DNA of 64,000 bases from an uncultured Pirellulales bacterium (GTDB lineage Bacteria > Planctomycetota > Phycisphaerae > Sedimentisphaerales > SM23-30), in assembly GCA_964537505.1 (NCBI GenBank), contig CAZICK010000003.1, positions 13,321 to 77,320 on the forward strand, in the 5' to 3' direction. Below the pieces are notes generated by a model. It had not been told where the DNA came from. It did no database searches and saw only the letters and a list, made by a program, of their open reading frames with translations. The translations under genes were made by a program, and so were the position numbers. Positions 38,252 through 46,436 of this stretch are shown piece after piece (within the stretch, counting starts at the first letter, position 1; the number at the start of each line of letters is the position of its first letter).

Positions 38252-38779
38252 TCACTGAAGCTTGGCCATTCCAGCCGGCGCCACTACCATCGTCATCCGA
38301 CGTCCCTGACGTCTAGCCGGAACTTCTACTTTGCCCAGCCCATCCAATTGCTGGCTTATCCCCTGGAACATCTCTATCGCTCGATCCAGATGTATCATCT
38401 CGCGACCGCGGAAAAGCATTGTAAACTGCACTTTACTGCCCTTTTCCAGAAACGTTCGTGCCTTCTCGAGTTTGAAATCCATATCATGTGTATCGATCTT
38501 GGGACGTATGCGTACTTCCTTCAGAACGACATTATGCTGCTTGACTTTGGCTTTATGCTCCTTCTTCTTTTGGTCGTACTTCCATTTGCCGTAGTCCATC
38601 AAACGGCAAACCGGCGGATTGCTGGTCGGCGCCACTTCCACCAGATCCACGCCTGCTTCGCGAGCTATATTTATAGCATCGACAGTACCGACAATCCCAA
38701 CCTGCTGGTTATTCTGGTCGATAAGACGAACCTCAGGCACACGAATTCGCTCATTCACCCTCAAATTCTTTGTTGCTAT
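38252..38779 (-). CDS. infC: Translation initiation factor IF-3, probably with a non-AUG (ATA) start
   Basis: RVNERIR, PPVCRLMDYGK, KVQFTMLFRGRE. In-frame ATA at 38779-38777 follows a GGTGA RBS. Confidence 0.95.
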   Translation of the reverse strand: MATKNLRVNERIRVPEVRLIDQNNQQVGIVGTVDAINIAREAGVDLVEVAPTSNPPVCRLMDYGKWKYDQKKKEHKAKVKQHNVVLKEVRIRPKIDTHDMDFKLEKARTFLEKGSKVQFTMLFRGREMIHLDRAIEMFQGISQQLDGLGKVEVPARRQGRRMTMVVAPAGMAKLQ

Positions 38780-38833
38780 AAGCTCTCACCAATCCTTTCT
38801 GTCTGGAACCAAATGACAAAAGCGACCGGCCTC

Positions 38834-40783
38834 TCACAAAATCAACGTAAGTTCCAGGGCTTTCTCATTTATTTTTCGCCGAGCGTGGCAAATGAATTCA
38901 TCAACTTTAACCACGCACTTCTGTTTTTGTCCTCTGATGCGGACTGCCACCGTATTGGTTTCCTGCTCCGCTGGGCCTACCACTAGCATGTACGGCAGCT
39001 TCTGGTCATGTGCCCGCTTAATTTTGGCGTTTATTTTATCGTCCGCCGCATCTATAGTACAGCGTAAATTTTCCCGTTGCAAGCAATTAAATACGTTCTT
39101 CGCATATTCATTGCTCTTTTCGCTGATCGGCATGACACGGGCCTGCTCAGGTGCCAGCCAAAGCGGAAAAGCGCCGCCGTAGTGTTCGATCAACCCGCCG
39201 ATAAACCGTTCCATGCTCCCCAGAACGGTACGATGGATTATAATCGGTTCGTGCGGAACGTTATCGGACCCAATATAGCTGATATCGAAGCGCCTGGCGG
39301 CCTGCAGATCGACCTGATGGGTCGGTCCTTGCCACTCACGGCCCAGGGAATCGATCAGCTTAATATCGATTTTGGGGGCGTAAAATACCCCTCCTCCCTC
39401 GTCAATTTCGTATTCCAGGCCTCGTCGTTCAATCGCCATCCGTAACTCGCTCGTAGCCCGGTCCCATTCTTCAATGGTCCCAAGGTATTTTTCCGGCCTG
39501 GTTGCCAGATACACCTTATAGCTGTATCCGAACGCCTTCATCATAAAATCCATCAGTTCCAGGATCAGATCCAACTCCCGGCCCAGTTGATCAGGCGTAC
39601 ACAGGGTGTGGGCGTCGTCCTGGGTAAAACCGCGAACCCGCAACATTCCATGCAGTGTGCCGCTCGGCTCGTAGCGATAGACCGTGCCCAATTCACAGTA
39701 GCGAATCGGCAGATCGCGATAACTGCGCGTCTTTGAGTTGTAAATCATATAGTGACACGGACAGTTCATCGGTTTGAGGTAGTAATTCAGACCGTCTATG
39801 TCCATGGGTGCGTACATCATCTCGGCATACTTTTCAAGGTGTCCGCTTCGTCGAAAAACCTGCTCGCTGGCAATATGGGGCGTATAGACAATATCGTAGC
39901 CGCGTTTGAGATGCTCATCGTACCAAAAGGTCTCGATCAGGTGACGAATCAGAGCGCCTTTGGGATGCCAGTGGATCAGGCCCGGACCAATCTCATCGTG
40001 TACACTGTATAAATCCAACTGTTTGCCCAGAACCCGGTGATCGCGTTTTTTCGCTTCTTCCAACCGCTGCAGGTATTCATCAAGTTGTTTTTTGTCTGGA
40101 AATGCTGTTCCATATATTCGCTGGAGCATCTTTTCGCTGGCATCCCCATGAAAATACGCCCCTGCTACGCTCATAATCTTGTATGCCCCCACCCGGCTTG
40201 TACTGGGCACATGCGGTCCCAAACACAAATCCTCAAAATTGTTATTTCCCCTCGCCCCGGTCACATAGAAGCTCAACGTATCTCCCTGGGCACGCTGAGC
40301 ATTTTCGATTTTGTACCTGTTGCCTTCCGCCTGCAGCTTGGCCATCCCCTCGTCTCGGGTCATCTCGTAACGCAAAAAAGGCTTATCGGCCGCGACAATC
40401 TTTTTCATTTCCTCCTCTATGGCGGCAAAATCGTCCGGCGTGATCGGCCGATCCAGATCGATATCGTAGTAAAATCCATTTTCCACCGTCGGTCCGTACA
40501 CCAGTTTGGTTTGGGGAAATAGACGGCAGATCGCCTCGGCCATTACGTGGGCACAACTGTGCCGCATCAGGTTAATAATCGTTTCCTGATCGTTTTTGTC
40601 GGTAACAATTTCCAGCCTTACATCGCGGTCAATCACCGTGGTCGCATCGCAAAGCTCACCGTCAATCCTCAACGCCAGAGCGGCTCTAGCCAGGCGCGGA
40701 CCGATCCGCTCAGCCACCGCCAGGCCCGTTACAGGCCCGTCAAACTCAAGCACACTTTCATCAGGAAGAATTATTCGTACCAT
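38834..40783 (-). CDS. thrS: Threonine-tRNA ligase
   Basis: TGS domain, RHSCAHVMA, DLCLGPHV, KPMNCP, RVRGFTQDDAH, HRTVLGSMERF. Confidence 0.97.
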   Translation of the reverse strand: MVRIILPDESVLEFDGPVTGLAVAERIGPRLARAALALRIDGELCDATTVIDRDVRLEIVTDKNDQETIINLMRHSCAHVMAEAICRLFPQTKLVYGPTVENGFYYDIDLDRPITPDDFAAIEEEMKKIVAADKPFLRYEMTRDEGMAKLQAEGNRYKIENAQRAQGDTLSFYVTGARGNNNFEDLCLGPHVPSTSRVGAYKIMSVAGAYFHGDASEKMLQRIYGTAFPDKKQLDEYLQRLEEAKKRDHRVLGKQLDLYSVHDEIGPGLIHWHPKGALIRHLIETFWYDEHLKRGYDIVYTPHIASEQVFRRSGHLEKYAEMMYAPMDIDGLNYYLKPMNCPCHYMIYNSKTRSYRDLPIRYCELGTVYRYEPSGTLHGMLRVRGFTQDDAHTLCTPDQLGRELDLILELMDFMMKAFGYSYKVYLATRPEKYLGTIEEWDRATSELRMAIERRGLEYEIDEGGGVFYAPKIDIKLIDSLGREWQGPTHQVDLQAARRFDISYIGSDNVPHEPIIIHRTVLGSMERFIGGLIEHYGGAFPLWLAPEQARVMPISEKSNEYAKNVFNCLQRENLRCTIDAADDKINAKIKRAHDQKLPYMLVVGPAEQETNTVAVRIRGQKQKCVVKVDEFICHARRKINEKALELTLIL

Positions 40784-41117
40784 CGACAAATCCTGAATAA
40801 ACCATTGTTATTTCTGTTACTTAACAAACATCTGGATTTTATCAATATATCGGCAAAATCAGATATGTCAAGCAGTTATTTCAGGCGTTGTGCCATGAAA
40901 GCAAATATGCTGTTAATCCCACTGCCAATGGAAGCATTTTAAGTTTCAACTACTTACTGTACAGGCTTTGTCCCAGTCTTTCACATAGAAATTTGTATCT
41001 GGCAAATAAAATGTTCGCAAAATAATGGAATTTCCAGACCAATTCCGATACCATAATGATCGGAAATCACAACAACTCTGATGAACAGAAAGCGATCAGA
41101 AATCTTGGATGTAATAT

Positions 41118-42641
41118 ATGCCTTCATCTGAACATACTAAATTCCATACAGGAGCTTTGCTCTGCCTTATTCTCATTGTGGCTTTCTTCGTTCGGATAAT
41201 CTCATTTACCGGGTACCAAGGCTCTGATGACGGTGTATACGCAAAATTTGCTCATCAAATGGCTAACGGTAACTTCAAAATTAACACAGGTCATAACGTT
41301 CCGGTTTTTTCTCTGCGGGTGGGGCTCTTTGCCCCTGCCGCCTTGTGTTTGCGAGTTTTCGGCACCAGTGAATGGGCCGCAATTATATATCCGTTTGCCC
41401 TGTCAATGCTAGGTGTTGTTCTGGCTTTTTTTGCCGGTGGACTGTTTTGGGATCTCAACGCCGGGCTTGTTGCCGCAGCTCTGCAAGCCATTCTCCCTCT
41501 TGATGCACAACTAGCCTCCCTATTGCTGCCGGACCTTCCTGCTGGATTTTGGGCCAATTTGGCTCTTGTACTTATTTTTTATGCTTCGAGATCTTCTTCC
41601 ATCTGTTCCAAGATCATCTGCGCTGGCATTTCCGGCTTGGCTCTAGCTGCTTCATGGTTGTGTAAGGAGAGCGTCTGCTATTTGTTGCCCTTTCTTGTGG
41701 TTTATCTGATTTGGATTGCCTGTCATAATAAGCAAAATATCATTATTATGTTTGCCACAGGGCTGACCTTTTTAGCAGTAGTTTTTATTGAATCGTTTGT
41801 TTACTATCAAAACAGCGGTGACTGGTTGCATCGTTTCCACGAAACCGAAAGGAATTACCATGTATGCAAAGGATGGTTTTTCACAGAAGGAAGCAAATAT
41901 GGTTGGACGGGGGATGGTTACTATATCGCAGTAATCAAGAGACTATTCGTTAGCGGACCAAGAAAAATCTTCCTTACCGAGTTCTTTGGCCCGTTTATGA
42001 TCCTGGGTATTGTTGCCATTGGATATGCGGTGATGAAACGTGTACGTACCTTTATTTTTCCTGGGGTATGGTTTCTGTTTATAGTTGCCATGTTCAATTT
42101 CGGATCCTCCAGTATAGTGTCATACCGACCGTTGGTTCTGAATAACAGATACCTGTATCCAATACTTTTCCCAGGTCTTATTCTATCTGCCGGGTTCATT
42201 TGCGATCTCTTTCACTCACAAAAAACTGGAATTGCCGCTTTTTATCGCAGGCGTCAACTCTGGGTTGTGCTCTTGTTTTTGGGCTCCTGCGCCGCCTGCA
42301 CTTTGGGTATCTATAAGAACATTAAAGCGGCCCAACCGTACAAAGCAATGCGATCGATAGCACAACAACTCACCCCTGATGATGTGGTCTTCACGGACAG
42401 TAGTACTACTAAACTGTTGGATTTCTATTGGAAATATCCACCTCAAAGCAAAACTATGGATTTTGCCGGTATGGATGCCGCTGATATTCCAAAAGGCGCT
42501 TATGTGTTCATTAATCGGATAAAAGCGGACTTCTTGAACAAGACTTATGGATATGTATTACCCAAGTTCTATGACAATCTTCCTGCTCGTTGGCAGTTGA
42601 AACTACTGCAAGGTAAAGGGGAATTGTACTGGGTTCCTTGA
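41118..42641 (+). CDS. GT-C fold membrane glycosyltransferase (ArnT/PMT-like)
   Basis: Multi-TM protein with GSDDGVY in the first loop, LRVGLFAP, LLPDLP, KES motifs. Confidence 0.72.
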   Translation: MPSSEHTKFHTGALLCLILIVAFFVRIISFTGYQGSDDGVYAKFAHQMANGNFKINTGHNVPVFSLRVGLFAPAALCLRVFGTSEWAAIIYPFALSMLGVVLAFFAGGLFWDLNAGLVAAALQAILPLDAQLASLLLPDLPAGFWANLALVLIFYASRSSSICSKIICAGISGLALAASWLCKESVCYLLPFLVVYLIWIACHNKQNIIIMFATGLTFLAVVFIESFVYYQNSGDWLHRFHETERNYHVCKGWFFTEGSKYGWTGDGYYIAVIKRLFVSGPRKIFLTEFFGPFMILGIVAIGYAVMKRVRTFIFPGVWFLFIVAMFNFGSSSIVSYRPLVLNNRYLYPILFPGLILSAGFICDLFHSQKTGIAAFYRRRQLWVVLLFLGSCAACTLGIYKNIKAAQPYKAMRSIAQQLTPDDVVFTDSSTTKLLDFYWKYPPQSKTMDFAGMDAADIPKGAYVFINRIKADFLNKTYGYVLPKFYDNLPARWQLKLLQGKGELYWVP

Positions 42642-42677
42642 CTTCTCTTGAAATCAAAAGTGACCAAAAACATCCCG

Positions 42678-43319
42678 TTAGCTTAACTTATACAATCCAT
42701 GGCTGGCAATGTAGGCACAGACCTCCGGCGGGACCAGATCGTCTATCGACAATCCCGCATTTACGCGTCGGCGTATCTCAGTCGCCGAGATATCCACTTC
42801 CGGTGTGTCCATCGCATTATCTTTCAGCCGTGCGATCTGCTCGTCGTTAAGCACCGTTTGTAAGACCGACAGGTCCCCCCAATCGCATCCCGGCCGCCGG
42901 GCCGTCACGACCGTACATTCATCCACTAATTGGCCCACCTTATACCAACCGACCAGATCGCTGATACTGTCCGCTCCGATCAGCCAATACAACACCGCCT
43001 CTGGTCCACAAAGTTCACGAAAGAAACGAACCGTATCGAGCGTGTAACTGAGCCCTGGTCGTAGCAACTCGCAATCGGAAACCTCAAATAGTTCGTCATT
43101 TCTGACCGCCAGGTGCACCATCACCAATCGATGTTCCACCGCGGTGATTGACTTTTTCCCTTTGTGCGGCGGATTGGCCGAGGGAATCACAATCACTTCC
43201 TGTACCTGCAGTTTCTCAGCCACCGCCCGCGCAATAATCAAATGCCCGTTGTGAATCGGATCGAACGTGCCGCCGAAAAGCAATATGCCATTTTCTTTTT
43301 TTTGCTTACGTTTATTCAT
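42678..43319 (-). CDS. nadD: Nicotinate-nucleotide adenylyltransferase
   Basis: GGTFDPIHNGH, PPHK, SYTLDTV, IGADS, ISATEIR. Confidence 0.96.
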   Translation of the reverse strand: MNKRKQKKENGILLFGGTFDPIHNGHLIIARAVAEKLQVQEVIVIPSANPPHKGKKSITAVEHRLVMVHLAVRNDELFEVSDCELLRPGLSYTLDTVRFFRELCGPEAVLYWLIGADSISDLVGWYKVGQLVDECTVVTARRPGCDWGDLSVLQTVLNDEQIARLKDNAMDTPEVDISATEIRRRVNAGLSIDDLVPPEVCAYIASHGLYKLS

Positions 43320-43932
43320 AATAATCGGCGATATTCTTGAAAAGCAATTTCATCTTGTCCGGGTCCTTGACACCCGGTTCTTTTTCTACGCCACTACACA
43401 GATCAATACCATACGTCTCCACCGCCAATGCCTGCCGGATATTGTCTGGCCCAATACCACCGGCCAGAAATATCTTTTTCCCGCTCACTGTTTTTATCCA
43501 GCTCCAGTCAAACGTATGCCCCGTTCCGCCGTACAGTTCCTCCCGAAACGCATCCAGCAATATCAACTCGGCATCATATTTTTCAGCCCGTTTGATATCT
43601 TCAGGTGTTTTCATACGAAATGCCTTCATTACACTGACCCCAAGCCCCCCTACCGCCCGGCAATAGGCATTACTCTCATCCCCATGCAATTGTGCCATAT
43701 CCAATGGGCACTGACCAAGCACATCTTTAATATATTCGTTCGGCGCATTAACAAACAGCCCCACCATCACAGCTTTTTTTGGCAGTTGGGCGATGATTTC
43801 CGCCGCCACCGGCGGTTCTATGTATCGCGGACTGTCCCTGTAGAAATTAAATCCCAGCAGCTCCGCACCCAACTCCACCGCCAACTGCCCATCTGCCAGG
43901 TTCGTTATCCCGCAAATCTTAATTTTTGCCAA
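43312..43932 (-). CDS. trpF: Phosphoribosylanthranilate isomerase
   Basis: KIKICGIT, QLHGDE, GGTGHTFDW, LAGGI, SGVE..PG.KD. Confidence 0.96.
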   Translation of the reverse strand: MAKIKICGITNLADGQLAVELGAELLGFNFYRDSPRYIEPPVAAEIIAQLPKKAVMVGLFVNAPNEYIKDVLGQCPLDMAQLHGDESNAYCRAVGGLGVSVMKAFRMKTPEDIKRAEKYDAELILLDAFREELYGGTGHTFDWSWIKTVSGKKIFLAGGIGPDNIRQALAVETYGIDLCSGVEKEPGVKDPDKMKLLFKNIADYYE

Positions 43933-44039
43933 GGTTTCAGTGTCCTATGAATGATGATACCGTCAAAAATCGATATTCACGCCTAAAAACACCCTCTAGG
44001 TGCCGGAATCAACGTATCAAAATAGTTTTGACGCCGGCG

Positions 44040-45050
44040 TCATGAATTGGAAATCTCGACCAGTTTTTTTAACGTCTTTATTGCCTGACCACTGTCGATA
44101 CTCATATTTGCCATGGCAATTCCCTCTACCAGAGTGGGCGCCTTTCCGCCGGCCATAATCGCCGCTGCCGCGTTAAGCAACACAATATCCCGTCTGGGCC
44201 CGGCTATTTTGTTCTCTAAGATTGCCAGCGTGATCGCTGCATTGTCCTCCAGTGTCCCGCCGGTCAGATCACAAATCTCAGCCCGGGCCAATCCATATTC
44301 CATACAATCAACGGTATAGTTATTGAGTTGCCCATCGGCCAGTTCGACAATATCGGTTGGTCCGCATATACTAATCTCATCCATACCATCCCCGTGCACC
44401 ACCATGGCCCGTTTGACCCCCAGGAGTTTCAGCGATTCGGCCATTACCATCATCAGTTCCGGCTTGGCTACTCCGATTATCTGGGCATCGGCGCCGGCGG
44501 GGTTGGCCAGCGGTCCTAATACGTTAAAAACCGTCCGAAACCCCAATGCCTTGCGGATCGGCTGAACGTATTTCATCGCCGGATGATGACACGGCGCAAA
44601 CATAAAACCGATATTCGCTTCGTCAATGCAACGCTCGATCACTTCCGGGACCGCGTCGATCTTGACTCCAAACTGGGCCAGAATATCCGCCGAGCCGCAT
44701 TGACTGGTGATTGCTCTATTGCCATGCTTGGCTATCGCTACTCCCGCCCCGGCCGCTACCAGCGCCGCTGTAGTACTGATATTAAACGTCGCCTGTCCGT
44801 CACCCCCGGTCCCACACGTATCCACCAGCGGCCCAGCCTTGGGCCGAACCGGCACCGCATGGTCGCGCAAGGCACGGGCCATCCCCGCCACTTCCTGGGC
44901 CTGCTCGCCCTTGGCCGCCAGCGCCGTTAGAAACCCGGCAATCACAACCTCTGTGCACTGACCGTCCAGAATTGCATTCAGCGACTCATGCGCCTGCTCA
45001 AACGAGAGGTCTTCTTTCCGTAATATCTTTTCCACCAGTTCCCGCAACAT
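44040..45050 (-). CDS. trpD: Anthranilate phosphoribosyltransferase
   Basis: DTCGTGGDG, TFNIST, KHGNRAITSQCGSAD, RTVFNVLGPLANP. Confidence 0.97.
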   Translation of the reverse strand: MLRELVEKILRKEDLSFEQAHESLNAILDGQCTEVVIAGFLTALAAKGEQAQEVAGMARALRDHAVPVRPKAGPLVDTCGTGGDGQATFNISTTAALVAAGAGVAIAKHGNRAITSQCGSADILAQFGVKIDAVPEVIERCIDEANIGFMFAPCHHPAMKYVQPIRKALGFRTVFNVLGPLANPAGADAQIIGVAKPELMMVMAESLKLLGVKRAMVVHGDGMDEISICGPTDIVELADGQLNNYTVDCMEYGLARAEICDLTGGTLEDNAAITLAILENKIAGPRRDIVLLNAAAAIMAGGKAPTLVEGIAMANMSIDSGQAIKTLKKLVEISNS

Positions 45051-45070
45051 AATTTACTTCCTTAAAAATA

Positions 45071-45100
45071 TTAGCCACAGAGGCCACAGAGTTCACAGAG
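45071..45100 (+). repeat. Left inverted repeat TTAGCCACAGAGGCCACAGAGTTCACAGAG
   Basis: Three 9-bp-spaced CACAGAG units; contains the GxxExxY stop codon (45093-45095). Confidence 0.92.
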
Positions 45101-45458
45101 ATATTCTTTTGACACCATCAACAAGCCTTGCTTCACCAAAATTGATTAGCAAAGCTCGCCTTAATCCAGTTGCTTTCAGATAAGAAAGCACCTGGGCGGT
45201 GGCCACTTCCGGTAGTTTTTGCACAGATTTTATCTCCACCACAACTTTTCCTTCCACCAACAAATCTAGTTTCTGTCCCTGAATGATACAGTCTTTGTAT
45301 CTCACGTCAACAGCAACCTGTCGCTGGTATGCTATTTCTTCAAGCGAAAATTCGTGACAAAGTGCTCCCTCATACACCGATTCCAGAAGACCCGGTCCCA
45401 AAACGCGATGCACTTCTATCGCAGCGCCAATTATTTTTTTAGTTAAATCATCACTCAT
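45093..45458 (-). CDS. GxxExxY protein (PD-(D/E)XK nuclease superfamily)
   Basis: GPGLLESVY (GxxExxY), LDLLVEGKVVVEIK, AQVLSYLK...LLINF. Confidence 0.93.
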   Translation of the reverse strand: MSDDLTKKIIGAAIEVHRVLGPGLLESVYEGALCHEFSLEEIAYQRQVAVDVRYKDCIIQGQKLDLLVEGKVVVEIKSVQKLPEVATAQVLSYLKATGLRRALLINFGEARLVDGVKRISL

Positions 45459-46278
45459 TAAAAATCATACTGTTGTTCAAAGCTTCCATATCTCTTGGAA
45501 ACAATTTAATCAATTCATATAAATGTTTGCGGAACTCATTATCCGTAAAGTATTCTTTGAACATAAGATAGAATATAAACAAGCTACATACACCAACTTC
45601 GACTATTGTCTGCACACACAACTTAAAAGGAACAGAATCAGGCGGTAAAAAATACTGATCTTCACCGTCATCCAAATTGAAATTACAAGTTGAGGCCATT
45701 CCATAAAAATTAGGATGCGCGCCATTATCGATTGTACGGTTGTATAATGTTGATACCACCTCACCCAGCTTTTTATTCTTCCTGTTTAAACTCTTGATTG
45801 CTTTACTATGGGAAAACACCTTTCTACATTGATCATTTGCGTCTGCGTTTTCTCCTCTACCCGACCATACAAGAAGCCTCTTTTTTGCTTTCCCAGACTT
45901 ATCATTATTGCCTGCCTTTGAATGATTATCCTCAATCGTAACATATTCTGTGTCCTCATAAATATGCAAAGCATATAGAGCGTTTTCCAAACATCCACGC
46001 ATAACCATATATGCCTCAACAACCTGTCCACTAGTAGCCAAACGAACTGCCCCTAAGTAAGCAGCACGACATCTGGTGACAAAATTTGGGAGCATATAAT
46101 CCTTAATATTGAAATGAATTTCCGCAAAACATAAAAAAAGCTTGTCAACCTCCCTAATAGCTTTAACAGGAAGCGTTTCTGAAAAATATTTAAAAAATGA
46201 AACATTGTTTGAATATGCGGATTTGAGAAATCCTGATACTGGTTCCTTTCCCCAATTGCTCGGATACTCGATATTCAT
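45451..46278 (-). CDS. Hypothetical protein, possibly HEPN-like/DUF5677-like
   Basis: 275-aa AT-rich ORF with MRGCLE and LYNRTIDNGAHPN (Rx6H). Its stop overlaps the GxxExxY start (ATGAGTGA). Confidence 0.65.
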   Translation of the reverse strand: MNIEYPSNWGKEPVSGFLKSAYSNNVSFFKYFSETLPVKAIREVDKLFLCFAEIHFNIKDYMLPNFVTRCRAAYLGAVRLATSGQVVEAYMVMRGCLENALYALHIYEDTEYVTIEDNHSKAGNNDKSGKAKKRLLVWSGRGENADANDQCRKVFSHSKAIKSLNRKNKKLGEVVSTLYNRTIDNGAHPNFYGMASTCNFNLDDGEDQYFLPPDSVPFKLCVQTIVEVGVCSLFIFYLMFKEYFTDNEFRKHLYELIKLFPRDMEALNNSMIFNE

Positions 46279-46406
46279 ACAACAACACCTTTTCGTATAG
46301 TTTAATTGTTCTGGTTCTTTTGTTTTCTTGAAAAAGCCGAAGGTAAAGCCAAACCCAAGCGTCTAATTATTTCCTTCTATGTTGCCATTGGTTATTTTTT
46401 AATTCC

Positions 46407-46436
46407 CTCTGAGTTCTCTGTGACCTCTGTGGCTAA
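46407..46436 (-). repeat. Right inverted repeat (rc TTAGCCACAGAGGTCACAGAGAACTCAGAG)
   Basis: The outer end contains the trpE TAG stop (46433-46435). Confidence 0.92.

Larger units (their letters stand above)
45071..46436. mobile_element. Inverted-repeat-bounded GxxExxY cassette inserted between trpE(G) and trpD
   Basis: 30-bp terminal inverted repeats (26/30 identical) enclose two AT-rich, non-trp genes inside the trp operon. Confidence 0.7.

Noticed and set aside
40790-41110. T-box before thrS
   Set aside because: No AAGGTGGTACC-type T-box sequence or terminator was seen.
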